Assembly: GCA_028534125.1 (NCBI GenBank)
Contig: CM052818.1
Span: 15,564,001 to 15,628,000 of the forward strand
Direction of reading: 5' to 3'
From: Lama glama
Lineage: Eukaryota
DNA: 64,000 nt
In this document: one piece after another, positions 1 through 12,340 of the stretch
How positions within the stretch are numbered: the stretch's first letter is position 1
Layout: the number at the start of each line of letters is the position of its first letter
The notes under the pieces: generated by a model
Databases searched by the model: none
Told to the model about the DNA's origin: nothing
The model's input: the letters and a program-made list of their open reading frames with translations, nothing else
Program-made: the position numbers and the translations under genes

Positions 1-120
1 TTGGCAATATCTCCAGACATTCTTAGATGTCATAATGGAGAAGGGGGTTGCTGTTGGCATGCAGAGGGTAGAGACCAGGGATGCTGCTAAATATCCTCCC
101 AGGCATAGGGACCCCTCACA
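1..120 (+). mobile_element. MER20 (hAT-Charlie MITE), partial
   Basis: ttggcaatatctccagacatt...gggtagagaccagggatgctgctaaatatcct matches the recalled MER20 core; cut by the window start. Confidence 0.8.
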
Positions 121-516
121 TGAAAGGCTGCTTCTGGCAAAAGATGAGAGGTATTTCTGTTTATCAATCAGAGTGGTATTACACTGTGCAAGTCACTTGG
201 CCCCAGCAGCTTTGAAATATATGATTCTTTACGTATTTAAAAATGGGAATTTTCATTATTTCAATTATTTGCATAAATTGAGATTTTACTACTAGTTTTA
301 TATCACATTTCAAATTTGGATAATTCAAAAGCATATAGAATGTACTGTTTGCCATTTCCAGTCTATCTCCTTTAGGGAAGAATGAACTAGCTTTCTCTCT
401 CCACTGCTCCATCTGTTTTGGGGAGATCTCAGGATGTGCTGAGAATGGCTCTCCCTTTGTTAGTTGGCAAATCCTTGCAGTTCTGCATCTTCCTCTGAGG
501 CCTGATGACCACTGTT

Positions 517-1064
517 TTTTGGGATTTTTTTACATTTTTAAAAATTATTATAGTCATTTTACAATGTTGTGTCAAATTCCAGTGTAGAACACAGTTTCTC
601 AGCTATACATGAACATACATATATTCATTGTCACATTTTTTTTTGGCTGTGAGCTACCACAAGATCTTGTATATATTTCCCTGTGCTATACAGTATAATC
701 TTGTTTATCTGTTCTACATTTTGAAATCCCAGTCTGTCCCTTCCTACCCCCTGTCCCCTTGGCAACCACAAGTTTGTATTCTTATGTCTATGAGTCTGTT
801 CATGTTTTGTATTTATGTTCTTTTTTTTTTTTTTAAGATTCCACATATGAGCAATCTTACATGGTATTTTTCTTTCTCTTTCTGGCTTACTTCACTTAGA
901 ATGACATTCTCCAGGAGCATCCATGTTGCTGCAAATGTCGTTATGGTGTCACAAGACATGGAAACAGCCTAAATGTCCATCAATAGATGACTAGTTAAAG
1001 AAGATGTGGTATATTTATACAATGGAATACTATTCAGCCATAAAAATGACAACATAACGCCATT
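517..1064 (-). mobile_element. Young L1 3' fragment with 5' inversion (camelid-type L1)
   Basis: 14-bp TSD tgatgaccactgtt at 503-516 and 1065-1078; T-rich tail at ~515-540; L1 3'UTR/ORF2 end on minus to ~945; L1 segment on plus at ~951-1065. Confidence 0.92.
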
Positions 1065-2169
1065 TGATGACCACTGTTGCTAAGGAATCTGATGTGACCT
1101 TAGGCTCTGAAGGTTGATGGTGCATTTATCCTTGGTGTTTAGCCTGCTGCTGAATTCCCTTCTCCCTTACACTCCTTTTAGTACTTGTTATCATGAACTT
1201 AGACTCCAGTATTGTCCTTGACCCTGAAGTGCATTTATCAGTAGACTCTGAGCAATATGGACACACACACTTCACACAATCTTAGATATGGATTAAGTTA
1301 TTCCAGCAGAAAGATTTGTGAATGCATCTTTCCCTGTCCACCCCTGCCCCCACTACATGCCCAGAAGAGTCTCTCTGCAAGGGGAAGTGACTAGCCACCT
1401 CTAGATAACACTAGTCACACTAACATGATGCTTCTTCTGGCCCAGTTTGGAGAGGAAAACATGGGCACATACATGTGCATACCAACTGGCACCATGACTT
1501 TGAGTTTTTTGGGGAAAAAAGCACAGAACAGTGAGGGACATCTATTTAATCACTTGTCTATTCTGCCTTTGGACATAAAAAGTACTGTTTGCGGTCAGTT
1601 TTCCTGAGTCTGACTGAGGTATCACTCGCAACTATGAAATCTGAAAGTTCAAGTAGGGTAGCCATGCAAGGCAATAGCTGGTTCTTTTTGCTAAGCTTTC
1701 ATTTCATTCTTAGTTAAGGAATATTTTCAGGGACTATAACCTTTACAAAGCTATGGACACTTCAGGCTATACTCAAGATAGCTAAATGTAGAATAAAAAT
1801 TTATTTTAAGCATCTGTGTAATACTTTGAAATACACACAGGATTTTTTCCTGCTTGGTTTGCTTAATATCTACACTAGGCAAGATCATCAAAGAAAAACT
1901 GAGCTCTTTTCTTTCAGCTGTTAGATGCCTGGTTTAAGTAAAATCAGTCAATCTCATGAAACCAAGGAAGAAGAGGACTATGACCTCTTGTGGAGGCTAG
2001 CTGAAGCATTTTACTGCAGTAAGGATCATATAGCCAAAAGTATACAGACATACACATAATTAGCTTCTGTGATTCGCTGATCATAGCACCTAGAATTGGT
2101 TTTCCCGTCGTTTGACCTCCAGTACCACGTATCTTCTCTGCTCGTAAGGCTTTTAAATACTGCCATGTG

Positions 2170-2370
2170 TTATGATTATTTATTCAGTGTATTTATTTAA
2201 CATACTACATGACAGCCATTTGTTATGTGGCTAAGACTATGAATAAAACACACTTTCTTCCCTTAAGCAACTCATTGCCTACTAAGAAATTACATAAAAG
2301 TAAATATATAATTACAATGGACTGTGAAAAGAGTGTTAACAGATTTGTACATAGTACTTTGAAAGCTCAG
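2170..2370 (-). mobile_element. L2 3' fragment
   Basis: ttcagtgtatttatttaacatactac...gaataaaacac...cccttaagcaactca resembles the antisense L2 3' end. Confidence 0.5.
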
Positions 2371-2673
2371 ATGTATTGGTAATATACTGTATGTTTCAAA
2401 GTAACTTGTAAAATTTTGAAATTTGGTCATTTAAAAAAATTTTCCCTTTTTCCATTCCCATAATAACTTGAATTTATTTGAAAGGTCTTCAGTGTTGGTT
2501 GATTTTATTTCACTTTTGGTTTTGGTTTTGAATACTTCCTCATTGGGAGAACACATCCTATTAAAGCACTATTTTTACTGAAGTATGAAATGTATACAGA
2601 AGGTGTTCCACATCCTAAGTTTATATTTCAGTGAAATATCCAAAGTAAACAAGGCCATGAAGCCACATCCCAG

Positions 2674-2858
2674 AATAGTGTGCTGGAGATGGCTTGTACC
2701 TGCTTGTGAGATCCACCTGTTAAATAATTCAGAATTTTGCTGCTAGTTGTTCAAATGTGGGTAACTTAAAATTGGGCTGCACGAGAATATTTAAATATTA
2801 GGAACATTGTTCCAGAAAACAAGTGGCTAAACATTTCCCATCACAGATTAAGCACTGC
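2674..2858 (+). mobile_element. MER63-like hAT MITE nested in L1
   Basis: gtgtgctggagatggcttgtacc...tgttaaataattcagaattttgc matches the recalled MER63 5' end. Confidence 0.6.
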
Positions 2859-3009
2859 AGATTAGTAAGTACAGCATTAACAGCATCCCTGAAGCCACTC
2901 GAGTGCCATGTCTACTTTCAATCATGAGCCATTTCATTTGAGGGGTAACCACCAACTTGACAGCTGGTACTATAAGGTTAAATTTACTATTTTAGAATTG
3001 GCTAGCATG

Positions 3010-3170
3010 AGGAGAGAATTGATTCACGGGGGTCTGAAGCTTAAATGATTTGGGGACCCCCTTTAAATAAATACATAATTATAAATACAATACTAGCTTC
3101 AGGGCCTTAGATGCAATCTGAACAAGTTAAAGGAGCTCTAGATTTTCTTCGTAGTGAGTCTAATTCTGCT
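3010..3170 (+). mobile_element. MER53-like hAT MITE nested in L1
   Basis: ggggtctgaagcttaaatgatttggggaccccctttaa...aatacaa...cagggcctt matches recalled MER53. Confidence 0.6.
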
Positions 3171-5849
3171 AGGGTGTGTATTTTCTTCTTTTTTGGTCTT
3201 GCTACTATCATTTACCACTGTGTTTGAGAGATTCATCTATGTTGTTGCGTGGAGCAGTCTGTACCATTCATTGTTTGAATTTACCACAATGTATTTATCC
3301 ATTCTACTGTTGTTTCTAATTTGAGGCTTCTAAAAATATTCCTGCTACAGACACATGTACATGCCTTTTGGTGCAGAAGTGCTGTGCTGTGTCGGGCGTA
3401 TGCCTGTGAGCGGCATTCTGGCATTATATGTTCAGCTTCAGCAGATCACGCCTAACAGTTTTTCCGAGTGGTGGTAAAAGTGTACGATCCCAACAGCAGC
3501 GTGTGGGAGCTCCAGTTCCACATTCCTGCCAAACCAGGGCAGTGTGAGACTTAAATATCATCGCCCTGGTGACCAGTTAGCTTTACCATACTTTCAAACA
3601 AATTTTGGCCTTTTGGATATTCTTTTGTGCAGTGTTTTGTGCATTTAAAAAATTGGGTTATATGTTTTTAATGACTTATAGGAGTTCTTTGTATATTATG
3701 GATATGAGATCTTTCAGGCATATATGCAACGCAAATATTTTCTCTCCCCCTGTAGTTTGGGTGTAATTCTTTTAAAGTTATCTTTAAATTTCCACAAAAT
3801 CACAAACTTAGCTCCATTAAATCATTTTTAATAGCTAGTCCATTACACCTTCAGTTTATGATATCTTTGCCTCCCTCAAAATACTGAAGATATTCTGTTA
3901 TTTTCTAAAAGCTTAATTGTTTTACCTTTTATTTACTGAAAAATATCTATCACTATGATGGAGGATTTTTTTTTTGTATCTCTTTTAGTTCTGTCAAGTT
4001 TTACTTTATATAATCTGAATCCTTATTCACTGTAAAGAAATTTAGAATTATATTACATCCCTGGTGGATTGATACTCCATCAGTGCCTCTTGCCTCAGAG
4101 TCTACCTTTTTTCATAAATGCTTACAGTAGTTTTATTTTATTTAATATTTACATTATAAATTTTCCTTCCTTTATTTTCAATCTATTTGCATCCTTATTT
4201 TTAAAGGATGTATATTACATCTAGTGTTGTTTTTATCTGATCTGAGAGACTGTCATTCAATAGGAGTTACATTTAATAAAGCTACTGACATATTTGGTTT
4301 TAAATCTACTATCTCATGATTTGATTTATATTTATCCAATATGTTCTGTGTTCCTTCTGCCTTAGTCATTTTCTTATAGGTTATTGTAAACATTTTACAT
4401 TTTTACCTATTGGCTTGTTAGTTATACATTGTTTACTACTTGTATTGGTTGCCTTAACTTTTACAGCATGCATTTCTGACTTATTCTGAAGCGTTAGTAC
4501 TTTCAGCACTTTCCCTTCTACTCATTAGACTTTTTGCTATTTTTTGTCATACATTTTATTATGCATATGTCTAAATATCACATTCTTAATGGCCATTTAA
4601 ATTTAGTCACATATTTATCCTTTCCATAATTCTTATTTCTTCCTGATCCTCCAAGATTCTACTAGGTTCATTATTCCAATGTTGAATGTATTTTAACATT
4701 TATTTTAGTACCTATCTTTTGTCTTAATTACTGTAGCTTTAGAGTGACTCTTGAAATCAGCTTGTTTATGTCCTCCAGTATTGTTTTCTTCTTCAAACTT
4801 GTTTTGGCTCTTCTACATCTTTTGTATTTTTATGTAAATTTAAGGTTACCTTGTCAATTCCTAGAAGCATGTTATACTCCATTTTATTCTTTGATTTTGC
4901 TATTAGTTCTAGTATCTTTTTTGAAGATTTCTTATTCACATATATGATTATGTTGTCTGTGAACAAAAGTAGCGCATTAATTTCTAATCTGATTCCTTTT
5001 CTTTTCTTCAGTTGCACTGGCTAGGACCTCTAAAACTTAGTTGAATGGAAGAACTGAGAGTGGACGAAATAGTCTTCTATTTCTATTTTCTCAGACTCAG
5101 GGAGAAAGCGTTCAATCGTTTCCCTTTAAAAACTGACGTTAGCGGTTGGTATTTTACAAATGCCTTTTATTGAGTTGAGGGAGTTATTTTCTATTCCCAG
5201 TCTCAAGAGAGTTTTTATAAATAGGTGTTGAATTTTTGAAGCGTTTTTTATTTCTATGAGAAAAGGAATAGTTAGGATGGAGAAGTGGCATGCCAAATTA
5301 TCAGTGAATAAATACGTCCCATACTACCACTATTTCAATTATAAAATTCCTAAGACCCTTAGAGTTTTTACCAGCAGAATCTTTTTTGACATATAAACTG
5401 TCCATTTTCTAGAGTGTCTAAAGAATGGAAAGAGATCCACAGAGAACGCAAATATCAGAGAAGTCATGTGTTAGTATAAGGCTTTTTGTATCATAAATAA
5501 GACTGGAACGCGGTCGCCCACAGTTCTAGCCTACTGCTGGCCCTAAGAAAGTACACTGGCTCAGCAGTTGGAAAGCTTGGAGTTGCTATTTTTGTGCAAA
5601 GATTTCAGACCCATGGTGGGAGACTGAGACATCAACTGAGTTTGCCTCTTTGGATGGTAAATGACTTGCTACTTTGCAGTGTTTAGTGTGCGAACCCTGT
5701 GAGGACGTGCAGTCGCAATTACCAGTTACGGCATGGAGGCTTTGAGCTATCCTGAATGCGGGTTCCCGCTGCTTCCACGGCTTTCCTTCACACTGTTTAA
5801 CCTTACTTTCCCCCTTTAACTCCCTTTTCTAACCTTTACTGAATCCTCT

Positions 5850-6790
5850 TTTTCTTCTGACTCCTTTAATATCTGTGGGCCTCATATTTCTGTCTTAGCC
5901 CTCGTTTCTTTCTCTGCATAATCTTTCTGGTCGTTCTTTCTGGAGTTCAGTATTAGATTTATTAGATACATTCGATACTGCCTTCTTACCTCTGTGTCTC
6001 AGAATCAAACTTTTCTACTGAGATCCAGGATTGGATCTTTGTTTCCCTCACATCTCAAATGTGTCCACATTGGTACCTCGAATGCACAACTCATGGTGCC
6101 ATCATTTACTTTTCTTCTGCTGCCTTTATCTCTTTAGTCTTGAAGTCCTATCAGTCACATTTCTTGCACTTGTCCCCTCCTCTCCATCTGGACTGGTTCT
6201 TGTCACTTCTCACACAGACCGTTACTATAACACTTCAAAAAGTCTCCCTGGCTCTAGCCTTCTCCTTCTCCAATTTATCCACAAATCAGATCCTATTACT
6301 CCACTTCTTAAACCTTCCAATGTTTCTCCGTTGCCTAGTCCATAGCATTCATATTAGTGTGCTCACAAGCCCCCTTTTGACCTGGCATCTTGTCTACTTC
6401 TCCAGCGGAGTTTCCACTCATTTCACCTGGTGCCCCTAGAAGTGAGCTCATTGTGTTTCTTCACACCCCTTGGCTGTGCACATGCCTCTCACTCTGAAAC
6501 AGTCCTCTGCTTCCTGTCTGCTGGTCAAACCCCTACTCTCCATTCAAGAATCAGTCTAAACACTTCCTGTGCAAAACCCTGGGTAGAAAGTTTACGTATG
6601 TCAGGCTATCACTGTCTTCCTTCTCAAAGCCTCATCTTAGCATTACCATATGTAGTTCTTTGTTTACTGGTCAAGTTTTTAAAAAGAGTTCTTTTCCTAA
6701 AGGAACACGCAGCCTATATTTAAATACCCATGACTCAGCTCAGTACCTGGCACACAGGAAGTAATCAATAAAGAGTGTTAAATAAATACA
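5850..6790 (+). mobile_element. L2 LINE fragment
   Basis: tcagatcctattactccacttcttaaaccttccaatg and the L2-type terminus cagtacctggcacacaggaagtaatcaataaa. Confidence 0.75.
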
Positions 6791-8284
6791 TAGACACATA
6801 TATTTTTGGCTTTAAAATAATTAAGTATATTCCCTCTTCCTGCTATAGTAGGAACGGTAGTTTACAAATATCTGTCACTTATTAATTTTATTTGCTCATG
6901 AGATTAACAGCGTTATGGCACTGGAAGCTGGTGGGGCAGCTACAGTACTGGGGGAGGGCTGCGGGATAATAATGTTGGATTTCTTGTGCTTATTGGTATT
7001 TTTAAGAATAATTAAAAATTATTTTTCTCTTTGGTTAGTGTCTTGCATGCCCAGATTGATGTTGAGAAGTCTTTCTTTTCTTTGGTTAGATTATAAAAGA
7101 ATCTTTAAATCGTCTGGGAAAAATATTTAGTTGTCTTTTTTTTTTTTCGAATATAAATAAGAGCAAAAGTCTGTATTTTTTCAGTAATCTGTACAAAATT
7201 TGTACTTTTAATACTGTAACCTATATCCAGGTTGGCCTGAAAATTATTGCTGATTTTTAAACAGTGTAGACACTGCAGGTCATACAATGAAGTATTTTCT
7301 TAGTTTCTGTTCTGGGATCTGGCACTATAACAAACTCAGGGAGGTGAAGTGGGGGAGGGGCAGCTTGTTTTATTTAATAAAAGAATCATGTTATACAAAG
7401 AACAAAACAATTGCTTCAGACAAGGCATGTAAGAATTTGGTTAGATCTGACTCAAATGGAAATGAAATAAGCTAATTTTGATTCCAAAGCCGCAGACTTT
7501 GCCTAGTTGTGAAATGAAGGGGTCGCGAGGTTGTCATCATGGCAACCAGCACTGAGAAAGCTAAGCTTTGAGTGTCCTTGTCCTCCATCATTGTCAGGTT
7601 AGAGATCCCCTAACTGGAGGAATGGTGTTGGCCAGTTGGTATTAAGAAGTCACCAACTGGACCATTTCCCACTGTTACATTTGTGTTTTGTGTAATTAAC
7701 TCATGGTTGTTTCTTAGGTTACCTCTTACCAGGTTACAAATAGGAACTGCTTCCAATATCAAACAGAAAGCTTTTTTTTTCTGCCTTAAAAAAATACTTT
7801 TTTTGCTAAGGATTATTTCCGCATGGGCCTCTGTTTGCTTCGGGGAGCAGTTAGTTCTGGTCTTACCATAAAAGATGCCGGTCCTTTACCTCTCTCTGTC
7901 CCTGCCTTGGTTACTCCCTTAAGAGTCCCATATAGTAAGCTGTCAACGTGGTGAGAGAGAAGTAATGGCATAATGACTTTCTTAAAGTAGGGAAGAGACT
8001 GAGGGGACACACATTCTCTTTCAGGAGGTTTGCCAGAAGCTCCGTTCAGTAAAGATTAGATCTACCGCTCTTAAAAAGGCTCTTTTAAGGAGTTGGCAGG
8101 GATTTCTGAAACAGAATTTTTGTTCCTGTTCTAAATCCTTCCTCTTACTTGTCTACTATGCACCCCCTTTCCACCATCCTCCCCACAATAAGTATACAGT
8201 GAACTATGGATTGCTTGTTAACATTGCTTAACGACAGTTACGTTAGGAAAGAATGTTGGAAACATTTAAAAAGTGGAATGATAA

Positions 8285-8525
8285 TATAATTTTCAAGCCC
8301 TTAATGTGAGACTTTTGCTAAACACTTTATATACTACTAGTTCTTTTAATTCTCAGCAATCCAATGAAATGATATTATCATCATCTTCATGGGAAAAATG
8401 AGGAAACTGAGTCTTGGGAAGGTAGAACAGCTTGTTACAAGGTCAACAAGTAGCATATGAGGGAACTAGAACTCGAACACAGACTCTCTGGCTCCGAAGT
8501 CTGGGGTTCTTAACCGCTCCACTGC
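8285..8525 (-). mobile_element. MIR SINE
   Basis: atgaggaaactgag core, then aaggtca...gaactcgaacacagactctctggctccga. Confidence 0.8.
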
Positions 8526-9239
8526 CTCTCAACATCAGGGCTTTGGAGAGTTAAGCTCTTAGGTTGATGTTAATATGTTACTTTTCTTCTGAAGAAATAG
8601 AAAGCCAAAAGGAATTATTATCAGGCTGAATTCATATTAAATGCCTACTATGTGTTGACCAGAAATAGTCTTTAGATATTTTTCAGACATTTCTCCAGCA
8701 AAGATGGAATTCTCTGCTGATCTTGAATAAACCCCAGTCAGGGCCGGCAACAATGTCAAACTGTGCAAGTCCCCACCTGGCAAGGGAAGGAGGATGCTTT
8801 GATGGAGGGGAAGGGACGCTGGGAGGGCTCTACTGAACCAAGAGTCCACGGCTTCCCCTTGGCTGAGTCCTTGTCAAAGAAGAAAGTCTCCACTTCTTTC
8901 CTATGTTGGGCTCTGCTGTTGTCATAGTGTGAGAGTTCCCCCTTCTTGTCTCCTAACTCTATTTAACTGAAGTTTCTATTTTATTAATTTTTAACATTTC
9001 CTCCTCTTGATCAGGATCTTTCTCTGAAAGCATCACTGATCGAGAGTCAGGCTTTCTGACCCTCAGTGTCAGGAAGGACTTTTCCTGGGTGTAATGTTTC
9101 ACGCTGGAGGGAGAGTGTACACATAAGAAACCTATTAAGGTCACATTTGAGTAACAAGCAGAGGTAGGAAGGACAACTCTCATTTTTTTTTAAGTCTCTG
9201 TGTTATCAAGATCATAAATACTGGAGATTATCTGAAGCA

Positions 9240-10560
9240 TTATATTATCATAAACGGTTTGACAGCAAAATTCCAGCAGGCCTGGTCTGGATATCTTGTG
9301 AAAATTGTCTCACCAGATGTGTGCTTTCAGGTCACCAGGTGATGTGTGGTGGTCTCAGTCAGATTTTGAGTTTGGTGGTACCAGGGTCAGTTAGCAATAC
9401 TTGATAGAGGCCTTTCCATCAATTAAAGAGCATTTTTCTAGAGACGTCTTTCCCAATAGGTGAAATTTCCAAGTTGCGAAGGTGATGCCTAAGGTTTTCA
9501 TCTCCCATGGGTACACTGTGAAAAGATTGCTTCAACAGAATATGGTCTTTTTAATAGAAGCAATTAGGCTTTTTGCAGTATTGAAGTATCTCTTCTTTTA
9601 TCAGTTGTGGGTCAAAAGAAGCAGGAGCCAACGCATTGGGAATCTTGTGACTACCTCAAAGGGTAAGAGTTTAAGAGTTCCAGAACAGGTGGATCTGAGA
9701 TTTAGAAGGACCAGTGGCACTGCTTTTGGCCAAGGCATTTGGAGGGCCTCCACAAATTTTGCCAATTGAGTCTTAGTAATATTGTTAGTGTGTTCAGATA
9801 GCACAGTGAAAGTTTAGTAAAACCAGCCAAACAGCACAGATTTGTTGAAGCATCTGGCCAACAAATGGGTTCCTCTATCACTAGGAAGCTCATGAGGAGT
9901 TCTCTAGGTAAAGACAATCTTTTCCAAAAGGACTTTAGCTACAAAACAGGCAGTACCCTGACCACACGGGAAGGCTTTAGTCTACTGTGAAAAGATACAG
10001 ATCATGACTAAAACATAGGAAGTTGTATAAAATCCCTTTCCCAGACTTTGAATGGTCCATTAGGAAGCTGATAATGTTTGGGAGTAGTATGAACACTTCC
10101 CTGGGTTATACTTTGGATAAGTGGGACAAGTGAGGAAGGCACCATCTGTGGCCTTGTTAAAAACATTTCCCATCAATACTGATTTGTGAATGCTATCATT
10201 TTGCCAGTAGACCAGTGGTTTAATGCATGGACAGCGTATCTCTGATCAGTATAAATGTTGGCAGTTTTGTCCTTGGCTAAAGCACAAGCCCACAAGAGCA
10301 TATAACTCAGCCTCTTGGCTGAGGTAGCCATAGGGAAAGAAGCTGCCCAGCAACATCAAAAGGATTCCTAACAGCATCATATCCAGCACAGTGTTGGTCA
10401 CTATCACCTTGTCATCAACCAACAGCGAGCTGTGAGAAGTCAGCATCACCTAGTGGAATTTCCGGGTGGTGGGCTGTCAGTGTGAACCAGTCCTGACATA
10501 CTGTGTTAGCAATGGAGGGGAGAAGAGTAGCAGAGTTAGGGTGATTAACATGTGGACAAG
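9240..10560 (-). mobile_element. Decayed class I ERV internal sequence (pol: connection, RNase H, integrase)
   Basis: Minus-strand translation gives NHPNSATLLP (connection), AELYAL..LAKDKTANIYTD (RNase H, frameshifted), VHALNHWS..CPTY (degenerate HHCC finger), PFKVWERDFIQLP..AFPC (integrase core), WPKAVPLVLLNLRS and WKGLYQVLLT (GPY/F region); stops and deletions throughout. Confidence 0.9.
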
Positions 10561-11974
10561 TCAGAGTGTTCACCTAGCTTCTCTCAAACTCAGGTGCAGT
10601 CATCCATGGAGAAAGCGTTCTCAGTCTAGACTCTAATTGTCCAGTTTTTGGAAAAGATCAATTCTGCCTGATTAATCACTAAACGGGCATAGTCTCTCCT
10701 ATTCTTCAAAATTGCCTCCCTGAAGTTCACCAGACTTCTGCAAAACCACTATTACCCATGACAAGAAACACTCAACTTCCTAAGTGAGTACCATGTTTGC
10801 GTATCAGCCAAAGCTAGAGAGCCCCGTTGTCACTATGAAAATTAGCTTCCTTTTCCCTTGAGGTAAATTGCAGAATCTTGCAAATAATATAAAATGTGAC
10901 CTATGCTCCATATGATAAGGGAAATATCTCCAGTCATCCTGATTGCTCAACAAGACAGGCTGACTTTTTCACTCATATTTTAATTGCTGTAGTGTCAGCC
11001 TCAAAGCTCATTAAGTTTTTTTAAGGCACCGCATCTTGGGTGTAAAATATTTTTACTGAGAAAATGAATTTTTTCCTGCCTTGAGAATAGCTCCCTAATT
11101 AGAAGCACATAATGCAAGTATATCACATTAAACATACCCTCTGATGAATTGATAATTCATCTCAATCTCAAATTATAATCACTTTATTACCTTTCTGCAA
11201 GGAAGAAAGCTCCAGTGAAAGGAGAAAAGCACCAAGATAGTTTGAAAAATTGGACTGTTCTTGGCTCACTTAGGTTTCCTTGACAGTCATGGTAGCCTAC
11301 ATGGTTTATAATTTATTTTTTCTCTTATTCCTTCAGCAGCCAGTAGGCATTTGAACCTACTGTCTCTAATCTGCCACCCTACTGAGACTTTTACATAACT
11401 ATTAAATACTTTTGAGATTATTGCAAAATAATATTTAATGTTTGAAGGAGCTGTAAGAAAAGTTACACCTGTCATCATTAAAATGCCCTCCATTTATACT
11501 TCTCACTATGGTGTTCATATGAAGAGCATGGTCTGTATCTTCCTGCAAACACTAAACAGTGGCAGCAGAGAATGATCGTCTGCTATTGTCACAGAATCAG
11601 CAGTTTTAGGAAGCATATAATACATTAGCTTTCAAATTCTCTTCATTAGAAACTCTCCAAGTTTAATTTATTCAACTGTACAGAGGTTAAAGATCTGCTG
11701 GTAAAGCACTCATCATTAACAGTGATTATTCATCGTCACGTTTGAGTAGGAAAATTCCATTTCTGGAGATTTTCTTGCTGAGGAGAATTAACAGGAGCTG
11801 AGAAGTCACAGTGGAAGCTCTAGGCCACAACTCTAAAGCTTGAGATTTTAAAATGGAGAGGAATCTAAGAGTCCTTGCCAGCTGGGCAGAGTCGGTCTTT
11901 GTCAGCGTAGAGAGGCAGAGGGAAGGGCAAGAAGGGAGACAGGAGTGACCAAGGGCAGGGTGGCCCCAGCTTGA

Positions 11975-12125
11975 CTAGAGGCCGCTGACTTCCCTTTTCT
12001 TAGAGAAACTTGCAACTGTAAATTCCTTCTCTGTCCCTCTGAGATGTAAATCATCTACAAACCAGGAAAGTCTTTCTCAAGGACCTGAGAGGCTTCCCTT
12101 TGAACTATGACCCTCAAGAAAGATG
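11975..12125 (+). mobile_element. ERV1 LTR fragment (MER67/MER89/MER90-like)
   Basis: gcaactgtaaattccttctctgtccctctgagatgtaaatc...tctttctcaaggacctgag...ctttgaa...caagaaagat. Confidence 0.6.
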
Positions 12126-12159
12126 TTCTAAGCACTTGAGAAGAATCAGTAAGGCTGGG

Positions 12160-12340
12160 ATCTGTCTCTCAAAGTGGATTCTGTTGACCACTTACATAAG
12201 AATTACTTGGATAATTAATGAAGTGCAGATTTCTGGATCATTCCAGAAAGTCTTAAACTATCTAGGCATGAGCCTCAGAATCTCTTGTAAGTCCCCCAGT
12301 CTGTCTTCTACACACTAAAGTATGAGTATAATTGCTGTAT
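12160..12340. mobile_element. MER5-family hAT-Charlie MITE
   Basis: ctctcaaagtgg...agaattacttgg...gtgcagatttctgg...cacactaaagtatgag. Confidence 0.65.

Larger units (their letters stand above)
2570..5250 (-). mobile_element. Old L1M element(s), 3'UTR to RT region, interrupted by insertions
   Basis: tttttactgaagtatg at the 3' end; ORF 4793-5017(-) LLFTDNIIIYVN..KILELI resembles the L1 RT motif LFADDMIVY..KLLELI; many stops. Confidence 0.8.

Noticed and set aside
9240..10560. Domesticated retroviral integrase gene
   Set aside because: Multiple stops, frameshifts and deletions, and a degenerate HHCC motif.
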